A DNA stretch of 63,989 nt, the filler included, from Aduncisulcus paluster (lineage: Eukaryota): the NCBI GenBank assembly GCA_024181965.1. It is 7 parts of 7 records of this genome, joined end to end, with 100 filler letters (N's around TTAATTAATTAA, not from the genome) between each part and the next. Parts side by side here need not be neighbours in the genome. Positions count along the whole stretch, not along the records: positions 22,180 to 27,750 come from BQXS01000004.1; positions 27,851 to 33,200 come from BQXS01000005.1; positions 33,301 to 56,428 come from BQXS01000008.1; 4 more parts are not named here. One strand, written 5' to 3'. The first letter of the stretch is position 1; every line of letters starts with the position of its first letter. The position numbers were made by a program, and so were the translations under genes. Under the pieces are notes generated by a model. That model was given only the letters and a program-made list of their open reading frames with translations. It was not told the DNA's origin and did not search any database. This document shows positions 22,080-33,411 of the stretch, piece after piece.

Positions 22080-22495
22080 NNNNNNNNNNNNNNNNNNNNN
22101 NNNNNNNNNNNNNNNNNNNNNNNTTAATTAATTAANNNNNNNNNNNNNNNNNNNNNNNNNNNNNNNNNNNNNNNNNNNNGAACCAAAGAGCAAGGGTAGT
22201 CACCTAAGCTTTTAGTTCTTTCAGCCAAAAAACACCCAAAAATCTCGCAAATTAAACCCAATTTTACTGAAACAATTTATCGTAAAATCCTAGTGTTTAA
22301 AAATTTAGCGAGAACCTGTTACGTCCTATAAATAAACACATCCGATTTTACATCTTGCAGCGCTGGCTGCCAACGAGAAATTTGGCTGCAAGTGGCTGCC
22401 AAGTGGCTGCATTTTACAATTTCAAGTGACCGCCAGATGTACACCCCTGTCGGTCCAGGACCATACCTTAGCAGTTATGTCATTATATTTATAAT

Positions 22496-25400
22496 TTATT
22501 TGAGTTTCGCTTGCATTGGTGGATTGATGAATCGTTCATTTATCCATTGAACAAGGCGAACTGGAATATATGAGACGCAAGTAATGACCACCACTCTCCA
22601 CCAAAAACTCCACGTGAACATAAATGTCCAATCAAAATAGCTTTTTAGAAGGAATAATGACCCGAAATATAATCCTACACTTACGATCTCAGCAAATATC
22701 ATCTGCCACGTCCAGTGATGAACAGTAAATAAGAGAGTAAACAACTCAGTCAGAATTAGAGCTGTGAAACACAATCCAACAATACTATAGAAGTTCTTGT
22801 GGAACAAAAATATTGTCAGAATCATGATCACACCACCTTGATAAATGGAATTAATAATCCACACACCAAATGATTTCTTACTCATCACTTTCCCATTAGC
22901 AACTTCTTTATACAATTCGGGATACAACATAACTTTATAACTTTCAACGTCATAATCAAAACACATTGCAAACACAGGCAATGAGGTATAAATAACACTG
23001 TATCCCATCAATAAGAAGCCAGAAAAGAGAGTCATCGAAGAGAAGTAAAACAGAGCACTGAACACAGCTTGGAGGATAGAAATAGTAAGACCACGGGCAC
23101 ACACAAACTGTGTCATGTGAGCACCACGAGTATAGCAATTCCTACCATGCCAAAAGAGAAGGCGAAGGATATAACAGAATTTATCAAAGGAGAAATCACT
23201 GGCCATGGCAGCTTGTTTTCCTTCTTTACCAACAAGACCAAGCCCTAGATCGGCTGCTTGGATCATACTGACATCGTTACCTCCATCTCCAATCGCTGCA
23301 GTCTGCAAACCAGTGTATTTCTTTGCGAGATTAACCATCTGAGCTTTTTGGGTAGGGCTAACACGACAACAAACAACACATGGAGCAGCGCAAGCTGTTT
23401 CTATAAGGAGTTCTCCTAGAGTATCGCTCCCTCCGAGAGATCCAGGACCATTCAAGGGAGCACCACCACAACATACTCTTGAACAACTCCCGCTATCCTC
23501 AAGTTTTCCATCTGCTGGAAAAGCAGCAAGGGCTATCGTCAGAGTGTTTCCATCAATTACAAGACAGTTTCCCTCTCCATTCTTGATATGCTGTTTCAGC
23601 TTCCTTCGAATAGAATGCTCATCTTTACCAATGATCTGTGAGAATCCTTGAGTCCTGTCAACGAGGGAAGTAGAACGAGCGATACATTTGGCAGTTTCCA
23701 CTTTATCTCCAGTGAGCATCCATACTTTGATTCCTGCTTTACGAAGACTCTCGAGGGATGTACGAACATTCTGCTGCAGGAGATCTTCGACACCAGATAT
23801 GGAGAGAAGAGTCATGTTCTGAAGGAGTTCATTCTCTACACGTAAAACACGTTCTTTACGGTCAATTACACTTGCTTTAGCTTCATCGTACATCTCTTTC
23901 CAGCGAGCCCATTCTTCTTCTCCAATCTCTTTCTCAGCAAACACAAGAGTACGAAGACCATCACGAGCCATTCCATCAACATTTTCACCAAGCCACTCAC
24001 TGCCTTCTCCACGAATCATAGCCTGGATGACACTATCTGCACCTTTGACGATGATAAGGATCTTCTCAGTGTCACGTTCACGAACAACGATAGCCATACG
24101 CTTCGTGACGGACGAGAATGGGAATATCTCAAGGATATCATATACAATGGACCCTCCAGAAGGAGTTGATATTCTCATCCAGTTGAGTTCACGTTCACTA
24201 AGAGTCAGTCCAACGCTTTCACTAAACTTCACAAGAGCAACTTCATCCGGGCTTGAGGCCTGGTAGGTCACAGAAAGTTCCAGTGAAGGGTCTAAAATGC
24301 CAGGTTTAGTATCAGAAGGGAGATGAGCTCCAAAGATATCTTCTTCTTCATCACCAAGTAGTAATTTGCCTCCCATATCAGGATCCGAAGCATTTGTTGC
24401 TTCAGATTGTAAATTGCCACGTGATTGTTTTCTTTTCCGTTGATTAACAATGTGTCCAGTTTCGTCAATGTCATAGTCGTCTCCTTTCACTCTCATGCAA
24501 GCGCCACAACATCCTTGGGCTTGTTCGGCATCCTTGCTTCCATCTTGTTTACCCTTGCCATGATCTTTCGTTTTTGGCTCAAGAGAATTTTTGTGGGATG
24601 CAATAATGTCATGAAGTCCCCACGATTCACTCTCAACCTCGGCATTTCCTGATGATTCGTCACGGACGGGTGTAACATTGTGGCACAGAGCACATGCTCT
24701 TACAGAACGATAAAGGAGGGAGGAGACACTCCAACGCGACATTCCATGAGTATGCCGCGAAGATCCTTCAATTACTGAGCGCTTTTGACGCCTTCGATGA
24801 CTTTTACCGGAACCAACTTCATCTTTTGTACTCATACCCTGTGTTGTTGCAGATAGCTCAGTAGTTATGGAAGGAGAGGCGAAAGACATAGTCTGGGGCA
24901 ACGTAATCATCGACGCATCGACGGGTTTCATACTTGATGTTTCAGAATCTTCAGGTCGGGGATGGCCATCATCACCTTGACTTCCAACAAAGGAAGATCT
25001 TCCTCTTGCTTTATCCTTTCGAATCGGTTGTTGATGAAGATGGACTTTGTCTCTTGTAGATTCTTCACGAAGCCCTTCTCTCACTTTCCTTCGAATCAAT
25101 CCTAATTCATCACTTCCCACGCATTGCACACCAACATGAAGTTTCTTGAAAACCATTTCATTCTGGGTGAGGGTTCCAGTCTTGTCTGAGAACAAGAAAC
25201 GTACCCGACCCAACTGTTCTGGCAAGTGTGAAGAACGGACGAGGGTATTGGGTATTTTTCGATCAGTTTGAATGAATAATTGGTACACAATCTTACTAAT
25301 GTCGAGGTTAACAGCAAGAGAAATAGGGATAATGGCAGAAAAAAGCAGTAAGAATCGAATAAAATCAAGCCACCAAGTGCTCTTGAATCCACTTCCAGCC

Positions 25401-26878
25401 ACTTCCAAGAAGGAAAGAATGAACATCAGAACAAATAAGAGCTTACTAAAATCATTGATTTCATCGTCAAACTTACCACGTTTCATCCTTGGTTTTGTTG
25501 TGTTAAGAACAGCACGAGTTTCATTTCCTGTGTAGATCACGAGGCATACAGCAATTCCACTTGCAAGGATTGTATTCATCCAAAGAGTGTTCTCAAGACC
25601 TAAAGATTCAACATGACTGGAACTAATTTTTGAATGATCGGTTGGTTGCTCCTCACTTGGCTTTCCTTTTGAGGAGCCAGGGATAGGGTGCAGAGGTTGA
25701 GCCAAAGTCGGTTGGGCATGTCCAAGTTCTTCAACGGATAACGTTCTTCCAGTTTTTGAGGACTTAGTATCATCAAAACCATGAAGTTTTGAAGATGAAA
25801 GAGCCTGTTGATGAGGATCTATTTCTTCATCAAAATACATCTCCTTATCATGTCGACGTTCACCCATTTCTAATAGACCATAGAAGTCTTCTGCACGTTT
25901 ATGAGCATGTTTTCTACGCTTCTTACGAATTTTTTTCTTCCCCAAAGAGGTTGTCACCTTTGTCCTTCCGGTATATTCAGATTCAGCTCGACTTGATACC
26001 GAAGGCGCCCCACTATTATCAGTACCATCAATGATAACATCAGTAAGACCCTTAACTTGTGCAGAATATTCCTCAGGGAGAACTCTTGTGGAAGAGAGGG
26101 AAGAAGATGCCGAGATTACAGGATCAACTTGGTGTGCTGTCGAAAAGGCCGAGAAAGATTTCTTTAAGGTTTCTGATTTTACCATCAATGCTGTTTCAGG
26201 ACTCAAGTAGGATGGATCGGTGTTGAAGGTACATTTTCCAATGAAATCATAAATTCGTTTGTGAGGAGCTTCAGCGTATACTTCCCCTTTAAAAGAGAGT
26301 AATGAATGAAGAGAAGGCAGATTTTGACTAAATGGAATGGCTCTACGAAGTTTCCAATCAGTTTCACCATCAAGCTGGTCTGTTCGAATGAATGTAGCAC
26401 CAGTTTTTTGACTAGTTTTAAGAAGCACACAATCACAAGGAACACGCTGATTGGTATTTACCATAATAATGTCCCCCACAGTTATATCCATGGCACTGAT
26501 TGGTGTACCTTGGGGATGATTCGAGTCAAGTTTAATATATTGGGATGAATTAAAGGCTTTATCTCGCTTGTGCCTTTGAATATCGTCATATGCTTCCTTT
26601 ATGAGTGCTATTGCAAGAACAAATAGAAGAGGAGTCAAAAATGTGGTGAGAAAACCAATAGCTAAAGCTGGAATGAACTGCGAAAGAGTGATGATCAGAA
26701 AATAAAGATTATTGAATTGTTTGAATTGTTGAAAAAGAACAGCAGGGAGAAATGTGAGAACATTAAACTTAGCCGATTTTACATAATTGGGATGTTTAGG
26801 ATTATTATAACTGGATTCTGCTGGTTCTACATGAGAATTAAGGAATATATTCCTTGGTAACAGAACCTTTTTTCCCAT
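22496..26878 (-). CDS. ATP9: P4-type ATPase phospholipid flippase, ATP9/Neo1 class
   Basis: FIRTDQLDGETDWKLR, FSDKTGTLTQN, QASSPDEVALV, MLTGDKVETA, IGDGGNDVSMIQAAD, GKEGKQA and C-terminal TM helices; first ATG at 26878. Confidence 0.95.
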   Translation of the reverse strand: MGKKVLLPRNIFLNSHVEPAESSYNNPKHPNYVKSAKFNVLTFLPAVLFQQFKQFNNLYFLIITLSQFIPALAIGFLTTFLTPLLFVLAIALIKEAYDDIQRHKRDKAFNSSQYIKLDSNHPQGTPISAMDITVGDIIMVNTNQRVPCDCVLLKTSQKTGATFIRTDQLDGETDWKLRRAIPFSQNLPSLHSLLSFKGEVYAEAPHKRIYDFIGKCTFNTDPSYLSPETALMVKSETLKKSFSAFSTAHQVDPVISASSSLSSTRVLPEEYSAQVKGLTDVIIDGTDNSGAPSVSSRAESEYTGRTKVTTSLGKKKIRKKRRKHAHKRAEDFYGLLEMGERRHDKEMYFDEEIDPHQQALSSSKLHGFDDTKSSKTGRTLSVEELGHAQPTLAQPLHPIPGSSKGKPSEEQPTDHSKISSSHVESLGLENTLWMNTILASGIAVCLVIYTGNETRAVLNTTKPRMKRGKFDDEINDFSKLLFVLMFILSFLEVAGSGFKSTWWLDFIRFLLLFSAIIPISLAVNLDISKIVYQLFIQTDRKIPNTLVRSSHLPEQLGRVRFLFSDKTGTLTQNEMVFKKLHVGVQCVGSDELGLIRRKVREGLREESTRDKVHLHQQPIRKDKARGRSSFVGSQGDDGHPRPEDSETSSMKPVDASMITLPQTMSFASPSITTELSATTQGMSTKDEVGSGKSHRRRQKRSVIEGSSRHTHGMSRWSVSSLLYRSVRACALCHNVTPVRDESSGNAEVESESWGLHDIIASHKNSLEPKTKDHGKGKQDGSKDAEQAQGCCGACMRVKGDDYDIDETGHIVNQRKRKQSRGNLQSEATNASDPDMGGKLLLGDEEEDIFGAHLPSDTKPGILDPSLELSVTYQASSPDEVALVKFSESVGLTLSERELNWMRISTPSGGSIVYDILEIFPFSSVTKRMAIVVRERDTEKILIIVKGADSVIQAMIRGEGSEWLGENVDGMARDGLRTLVFAEKEIGEEEWARWKEMYDEAKASVIDRKERVLRVENELLQNMTLLSISGVEDLLQQNVRTSLESLRKAGIKVWMLTGDKVETAKCIARSTSLVDRTQGFSQIIGKDEHSIRRKLKQHIKNGEGNCLVIDGNTLTIALAAFPADGKLEDSGSCSRVCCGGAPLNGPGSLGGSDTLGELLIETACAAPCVVCCRVSPTQKAQMVNLAKKYTGLQTAAIGDGGNDVSMIQAADLGLGLVGKEGKQAAMASDFSFDKFCYILRLLFWHGRNCYTRGAHMTQFVCARGLTISILQAVFSALFYFSSMTLFSGFLLMGYSVIYTSLPVFAMCFDYDVESYKVMLYPELYKEVANGKVMSKKSFGVWIINSIYQGGVIMILTIFLFHKNFYSIVGLCFTALILTELFTLLFTVHHWTWQMIFAEIVSVGLYFGSLFLLKSYFDWTFMFTWSFWWRVVVITCVSYIPVRLVQWINERFINPPMQAKLK

Positions 26879-27170
26879 ATGAAGGAAAAAAAAGATATAT
26901 ATTAGTGTGCTAGCCGCCAAAATCAGGATTTAGGAATGTCAAATTGGGAATCCGAACAGTACGAATTTAATAAGATATTGTAAGTAGAAAATTCAGGCAA
27001 TTTTCATTAAAAAAATGATTTATAATAGTAATATTATTAATATCTTGCTTAAGAACAATACTAATCTCCCTTCCAGAAAATAAGTTGGTAAAAGTTGGGA
27101 AATATCGAATCGTTATAAACGATCCAACTACAATTTATTACAATATTGAAAATGCCTTGAATTAAGGAAC

Positions 27171-27750
27171 TTAGAAGTCACCCTCCATTTCGTCCTCACC
27201 TTCCATCTCTTCACCCTCGTCATCGTCGACGGAGGCGTCCTGGTATTGTTGGTACTCAGAGACAAGATCGGTCATGTTCATCTCAGCTTCAGAGAATTCC
27301 ATGTCATCCATACCCTCACCAGTGTACCAGTGAAGGAAAGCTCTACGAGTGAACATAGCACGGAATTGGTCATGGACACGACGGAAGAGCTCCTGGATGG
27401 CGGTGGAGTTACCGATGAAAGTGGAGGCCATCTTCAAACCACGGGGAGGGATGTCACAGATGGAGGTCTTGATGTTGTTGGGAATCCACTCAACGAAGTA
27501 GGAAGAGTTCTTGTTCTGGATGTTGAACATCTGCTCCTCAACCTCCTTGGTAGACATACGACCACGGAAGATAGCGGCGGCAGTGAGGTAACGACCATGA
27601 CGGTGGTCACAGGCAGCCATCATGTTGGAGGAGTGGAACATCTGAGCGGTAAGCTCGGGAACAGTGAGGGCACGGTAAACCTGAGAACCACGGGAGGTCA
27701 AAGGAGCGAAACCAACAATGAAGAAGTGAAGACGAGGGAAGGGAACCAAG
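27171..27750 (-). CDS. TUBB: Beta-tubulin, C-terminal part (5' end cut by the contig boundary)
   Basis: [63 protein letters not shown] and acidic tail; strong codon bias. Confidence 0.99.
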
Positions 27751-27852
27751 NNNNNNNNNNNNNNNNNNNNNNNNNNNNNNNNNNNNNNNNNNNNTTAATT
27801 AATTAANNNNNNNNNNNNNNNNNNNNNNNNNNNNNNNNNNNNNNNNNNNNCT

Positions 27853-30800
27853 AGAGCTCCTTCTGATGGAGGCTGGTTTGCCTCTTCTTTCAGTGGTGAT
27901 GTCAGTGATGATGACGACGATGTTCTTACTCCAAGAAAACCTTCCTCCGATAAACCTCCTGCGCCTCAAGTACTACTATCTGTTCCAGAGGTTACAAATG
28001 AAGGCCATACTCGCCACTCCTCTGTTGCTTCGAGTAGTTCCTTCTCTGAAGGGGCATTTGAGATTCCTGATGACATTTCAAGATCACATGCGGCTGTAGA
28101 GAATACTCATCGTATCCCAGCCATGTGCTTTACCACAAGACATGGTCCCCTTCTCTCGACACATCCTTGTCCTCCCTCGTTCTCCCTATTGTTCGTGCAT
28201 CTCCTGGATCTTTGCTCCCTGTCTCCCAACCCTCTGCTATGCATTGAGGCAAGAGCTGCCGTCCTTCACATGTGTCTTCTGTGTGATCCTGCCATTTCTC
28301 TCAGATCCCTTGTGAAACAGATTCATGTTGATCCAAGGAGTGTCTTGTCAAGGCTATGCTGTTTATTCCAGCTTCTCGATAGCGGTGTGGGTGCTGATTC
28401 TGTAGAGAGCACTAGTGGGAGAGCCCGACTCAATTTGGTGAGAGTCCGTGTGCTTGTGTGCAATATGATTGCTATGTGTGGAGATGTGCTCAGGGTTATA
28501 GAGAATGCTAAACTCGAATCTGCTGAAACTAAAGTAAGAAGTTCTGCCTTTTATGATGCCGGTGATGATATCTCCGGTGAAAAGAGTTCAAGGATACATC
28601 AGTTATCAAGTCCTATTAATAGTCTTCTTCCCTACACTCCACACTCGGAGGTTGAGAACAATATCATTTCAGATATTGCACCCGTTTTGGAGTTGTTTTC
28701 ACGATGGTGTTCCTTTAAGCAGATATTCACTCTTCTCTTCCCTCCAATGGCCTGTGAAATCAAGGATACATGGTATGTGGAGGAGATATTGATCTCCATG
28801 GGTAGAAAGAAGAACATTGATGGCACAGATTTGATCCCTTTTAATCCATTTGAATCGTGGCCATCCTCTTCTCCTCTGTATGTGCCAATGGCTAAGATAT
28901 TTATGGCTACCGAGAGTGGAAAAGAGTGTGTTCGTTACTTTATCCCTGCGTTCAATCGTATATCTAATATATTTACACGTAATCACACCCTCAAGGCTCT
29001 TGAAACTCGTTTATTATCTGAATTGAATGAGAGTTTAATTTTTATCACTCATACCAAACGTGCCATCAAACACATTGCCATGTTGGAGCGTTGTCTTCTT
29101 TCTCAGCGGTCCAAGAATCTCAAACGTGAAGGAGCTGAGCTTGCTCTTGATGCCATGAAGCTGATATTGCTCCGTCTCCCTCTCCTCCCTCCTATTGTTC
29201 TTGCTCCTCTCGTGGGGCCTCCATTGTTGGCCTATATCTTGAAAGGTGGCTCCAAGAATAGCCTTAACACTGTGTTAAATATTGTGAACGTTGTCACATT
29301 GTTATATGGCACCATTGATGGTGTTATTGCTGCAATGTCACTATATATTGATCAGGAATGGTCAATTGGAAACTCTGGACGCAAGATGAATAATTTGAAG
29401 AAGAATGTAAAGGTCAAGAGTCCCTCACAACAGTTGTTGGCATCTGTGGCCAGTGATGGTGATCACCAGCCTCATTTCCATCCTTTACTCCTCTCGCCAT
29501 TGCTGTCTCCTCTTTGTATAAGAAGGTGTCATCTTCTTCTTTCACATACGCGAACTGCCTTGAAAAAGAGAAGGATGACTGATCTGATCATTGCAGACTC
29601 CTCGAATAAGAAGTTTGTTCTTAGCGAACATGCGAAAGCCAATTTCGATAGTCTTTCTGCTGAGGGTACTCATGTGAGTGATGTTGCAAGATGCAACCCT
29701 GAAGTCCTAAAAATCCTTGGTATCTCAAAGTCTCAGCGAGGATTCAAACCATTCCACGCCGTAGCTTCAAACCCACCAATTGGGAATTGCCCTTCCTTGT
29801 CTTCTCTGCAGCTTGCATCTCTTATTATTTCTAGTTGGGGATGCGGAGTCTGGAATAGTTCTTCGATCACTCTCCCACCTTTGTATCTTGTGTCACACAA
29901 ACTCATTTGTAAGATTATATGGGAACGTGAGAAAGATTTCAAGGAAGGTCTCTATTCTGACTGTCTCCCAGTGTCTAAGGATGCTGCTGACAGTTCTCCC
30001 CTACCTCCTATTCGTCATCTTCCGTATCTTTTCACTTACTATGAAACTCAGATACTCATTTCTCTGTTCACTGTGTTCTTGTGTACTTCACCGAACCCAA
30101 CACATATTATCCCACTTCTTCCCCACTTATCTTCGTTGATCTCGGCTATAATATCGAATACATACATGAGTAGGAGTGCATGTACTTGGGTAAGTCGCAT
30201 TCTCGTGTGTATCAGTGTTTGTCTCGCTGTGGTTGAAAAGAAATCGAGTTCTTATCAATCAATAGACCCACTTGATTCTCCCAGCAGTCCAACTCCGATG
30301 GCCCCAAAGCCAAAACACGCGCAGCAACCCTTGTCCACTGTTGCTGCTGCCAGTGGTGCTAGAGGTAAGCGACATGTCATGTTTGTCGATAACGAGGATG
30401 AAGAAGAGGAAGAGGAAGAACTTATATACTCGAGTGTTGAAGTTTTCTCAAAGAAAAGAGTTCCTGGAGTCTCTCCTCAAGCTTCTCTTCCAAACAAAGA
30501 GAAAGAATGGGAGATGGTCGTTGATGTTGATTCTATCGAGCACATAAACTCAAGCTCACAACCTGCTCTCTCACGGTCAAAATTGCCCTCCAGTATCAAG
30601 AGTGCTTCACCTGACACTCAAAGAAACCTCCTTCAACTTCATCGCAGGAAAGAGGTTGAAACTGTTGAGATTCTGCGGTTTGTCTTCTCTTTATCTCTTG
30701 CTTCTTCGATGGCTCTCTCCCGTCTGCGCCAGCATCCCCATCTCATTCCGAAGGATGAAGTATGGGTGAAGAGTGATGAGGCTGAGAACAAGATCACGAA

Positions 30801-32139
30801 AGATGTGGCGTCCTCTTCTGACTCTGTGATGCATCCAGGGGAACTTGGCTTTGAAGATCTCGCCGATAAAGATCAGGATGAGGAGGATGACAGTAGTGAC
30901 GAGGAAGACGAGGAATCCAATTCAAACGCTGGAAAGAATACTGAAGAGGTCAGCCAGTCTGAAGCCGACGATGAGGAAGAAGAGGAGGAGGAGGAAGATA
31001 CCATGAGAGTCACAAGAACTACCTCAAGCAGTATAACTCGTGGGTCAAAAGAGTATTCGACTATGGCTCGCAAACAACTTTTCAAACGCCTTACAAATCA
31101 TTTCGTTACCTTTTTATTGGTGTTTTCAAATACTATTCAACAAATTACACAACGTCAGAAGAAAATGCATAACGTGGAACGTAAAAAGAAGCGTGATAAG
31201 CATGCCTTATCCTTTGAGGAACTTTTGGACGATTTCGAAGATGAGGATGGTCTTATTCCGATGGAAAGAGGCCACGTGGAAGCAAAGACATCATATGGAA
31301 GTATTATGGGAGGTAATTTGAGAAATTATGCTGATAAATTTAATTTCAGTGCCATGGGAATATTCCTCGCCCAATTGTCGCCCTCAATCTTAAAGGTAGC
31401 ATCTCCTACTTACGCTCTCTACACCCACACTCCGTTCTCACCGCCTTCTCTTCCCCTTCTCCCGCTTCTTGGGTCATGTTTGAACCGTTGTATTGAGAGA
31501 GGTCTCTCTTTCGATCCTGTGTTTCCACGGAAGTCCCCTGATGAAACAAACTTCGTCACTCTTTTCTCTGTGTGTCGATGTGTCGGAGAGAGCGCTGAAC
31601 GTTCGAGTTCATTGAGTTCTGTTCTCATCAATTCACTTGTATCCAAGGCTCTTATTTACCTTGAGTATGTCACTGATAACTCTGATCAACTGAAGTGTAT
31701 CGCAATTCCAATTGCATCAATATTGTGTTCCCTTGCGTTGTTATACACGGCCTCTGTGAAACTTCATTTGGCTAAAGAAATTGTTGGCGATGACCAAAAG
31801 TTCTCATTTGCTTCATTTTCGCAAACAATCTCCCTCGACTCGGCCTTTGTTCTGCTTCAGCCCGATTTTGCGCCAAAAATTATCGGAGCTCTGTCAACTC
31901 TCATATTCAAGGGGAACTCTGATAATCCTGGGATTGCTGAGGGTGTTTTGGCCCTGTATTTGAGTAATTGTCCCGGTGGTGAGCTTGTTGCACTGTTTCC
32001 TCACATTGATCTTCCACATTTGAAGGATTTTGTCAAGATTAAGAGTATCAAGGAGTATGAATCGCTCTGCAATATATCTTCACGTGAATTAAACATTATT
32101 TGTGATAGGATCGTTTTCCATAATATCAGGAGAGAATAG
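27853..32139 (+). CDS. Large hypothetical helical protein, 5'-partial (>1420 aa)
   Basis: The frame of the 28123 ORF is open back to the contig start (27853); Leu-rich helical blocks with acidic linkers; no family recognised. Confidence 0.85.
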   Translation, partial: RAPSDGGWFASSFSGDVSDDDDDVLTPRKPSSDKPPAPQVLLSVPEVTNEGHTRHSSVASSSSFSEGAFEIPDDISRSHAAVENTHRIPAMCFTTRHGPLLSTHPCPPSFSLLFVHLLDLCSLSPNPLLCIEARAAVLHMCLLCDPAISLRSLVKQIHVDPRSVLSRLCCLFQLLDSGVGADSVESTSGRARLNLVRVRVLVCNMIAMCGDVLRVIENAKLESAETKVRSSAFYDAGDDISGEKSSRIHQLSSPINSLLPYTPHSEVENNIISDIAPVLELFSRWCSFKQIFTLLFPPMACEIKDTWYVEEILISMGRKKNIDGTDLIPFNPFESWPSSSPLYVPMAKIFMATESGKECVRYFIPAFNRISNIFTRNHTLKALETRLLSELNESLIFITHTKRAIKHIAMLERCLLSQRSKNLKREGAELALDAMKLILLRLPLLPPIVLAPLVGPPLLAYILKGGSKNSLNTVLNIVNVVTLLYGTIDGVIAAMSLYIDQEWSIGNSGRKMNNLKKNVKVKSPSQQLLASVASDGDHQPHFHPLLLSPLLSPLCIRRCHLLLSHTRTALKKRRMTDLIIADSSNKKFVLSEHAKANFDSLSAEGTHVSDVARCNPEVLKILGISKSQRGFKPFHAVASNPPIGNCPSLSSLQLASLIISSWGCGVWNSSSITLPPLYLVSHKLICKIIWEREKDFKEGLYSDCLPVSKDAADSSPLPPIRHLPYLFTYYETQILISLFTVFLCTSPNPTHIIPLLPHLSSLISAIISNTYMSRSACTWVSRILVCISVCLAVVEKKSSSYQSIDPLDSPSSPTPMAPKPKHAQQPLSTVAAASGARGKRHVMFVDNEDEEEEEEELIYSSVEVFSKKRVPGVSPQASLPNKEKEWEMVVDVDSIEHINSSSQPALSRSKLPSSIKSASPDTQRNLLQLHRRKEVETVEILRFVFSLSLASSMALSRLRQHPHLIPKDEVWVKSDEAENKITKDVASSSDSVMHPGELGFEDLADKDQDEEDDSSDEEDEESNSNAGKNTEEVSQSEADDEEEEEEEEDTMRVTRTTSSSITRGSKEYSTMARKQLFKRLTNHFVTFLLVFSNTIQQITQRQKKMHNVERKKKRDKHALSFEELLDDFEDEDGLIPMERGHVEAKTSYGSIMGGNLRNYADKFNFSAMGIFLAQLSPSILKVASPTYALYTHTPFSPPSLPLLPLLGSCLNRCIERGLSFDPVFPRKSPDETNFVTLFSVCRCVGESAERSSSLSSVLINSLVSKALIYLEYVTDNSDQLKCIAIPIASILCSLALLYTASVKLHLAKEIVGDDQKFSFASFSQTISLDSAFVLLQPDFAPKIIGALSTLIFKGNSDNPGIAEGVLALYLSNCPGGELVALFPHIDLPHLKDFVKIKSIKEYESLCNISSRELNIICDRIVFHNIRRE

Positions 32140-32482
32140 ATGGGCCCAAAATTATCCACATCAGTGGGTTGAGCTATTCGCCCCAAATCTGTCCCTGAGA
32201 GTTCAACTATTCAAAGTATACATTGAAGAACGTGATAAACGACGTTTATTGGCTGATTAGGCACATATTTAATAAATTTTACATACAAGTTAGGCAGATA
32301 ATACTAATTAAAGTGGAGAAGGTCAATAGAATCGCATTAAATAAGAAAAACTTTAATGATTCGTTGAATTCCAAATCGTAAAATTCAACTTTTACAGATT
32401 ATTTTTAAGAATAATGAATAAAAATCGGCATAAAAGCAAAATTCTTAAGTGAATGCAAGAACGATCTTTTCTAGGAACTACA

Positions 32483-33163
32483 CTATCTAAATCTCCTCCC
32501 ACTTGATGCCAAATCGGCTCGAATCTGTGAAGAAAGGGTCTTTTTCATGGCTTCCCAAAGAGAGTTCATCTTTAGGTATTCTTCTCTCATCATCCGATCT
32601 CCGGTCTCACTAGACTGAGTTTTATCACTTTGTAGTTTATCTTGGATATATGCAGCTTGTTCAGAGTTTAATGGTTTATGTGAAAATGGGCAATTGGGAT
32701 TTAAACAATTTCGTTTTAAATGATGGTCTAAGCAGGGTAATAAGGATAAATCATGCAAATATCTGCATGATGAACCTAATCTACATTTTCCAAGCATATG
32801 ATGACGGCATATTCTCTCCATAAGATTTCCAGTACTCTGATCGGAAGTCACATGAAGATATGGGCATTTATCACCTCTAGAACACTTACCTCGTAAAAAG
32901 AATTTACAAACTAACCGTTTTCTCAGAGTTTTCAATGTTAACGTTGATCCTGGAGGTGTAATCTTCGCTTGAGATTTGCCTGAACGAAAAGACGGATAAC
33001 TAACTCTTTTTTGGTCAATTTTTCGTGATAAGTCAATGCCTACAGGTGGAAATTTGCTTTGAGAATATTTTTTTGGCTGTAAAGGAACAGCAGGAGAAGA
33101 TAAAGTACATAATTCTTGAACTTGTGATAAAGCGGATAACGCTTCAAAATTATCAATATCCAT
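32483..33163 (-). CDS. Triple CCCH zinc-finger protein, ZC3H4/6/8-like finger arrangement
   Basis: CKFFLRGKCSRGDKCPYLH, CRHHMLGKCRLGSSCRYLH and PCLDHHLKRNCLNPNCPFSHKPL. Confidence 0.88.
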   Translation of the reverse strand: MDIDNFEALSALSQVQELCTLSSPAVPLQPKKYSQSKFPPVGIDLSRKIDQKRVSYPSFRSGKSQAKITPPGSTLTLKTLRKRLVCKFFLRGKCSRGDKCPYLHVTSDQSTGNLMERICRHHMLGKCRLGSSCRYLHDLSLLPCLDHHLKRNCLNPNCPFSHKPLNSEQAAYIQDKLQSDKTQSSETGDRMMREEYLKMNSLWEAMKKTLSSQIRADLASSGRRFR

Positions 33164-33300
33164 GAAAAAATAAATTAAAAAAAATAATAAAATGTCTTTC
33201 NNNNNNNNNNNNNNNNNNNNNNNNNNNNNNNNNNNNNNNNNNNNTTAATTAATTAANNNNNNNNNNNNNNNNNNNNNNNNNNNNNNNNNNNNNNNNNNNN

Positions 33301-33411
33301 GATGAACTTGCAAGGACCACACCATTCGGCGAAGCAGTCGATAATAACTTTAGGGTTCTTAGAAACGAAGTCCTTGAATTCGGGGAGAGTTTTGATGGTA
33401 GTAACGGTCAT
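33301..33411 (-). CDS. TRX: Thioredoxin, N-terminal 37 codons (cut by the contig start)
   Basis: Manual translation: MTVTTIKTLPEFKDFVSKNPKVIIDCFAEWCGPCKFI, with the canonical WCGPC site and highly biased codons. Confidence 0.95.

Noticed and set aside
27246..27806. 186-aa plus-strand ORF and many other short ORFs overlapping long genes
   Set aside because: Antisense or alternate-frame shadows of biased-codon genes such as beta-tubulin.
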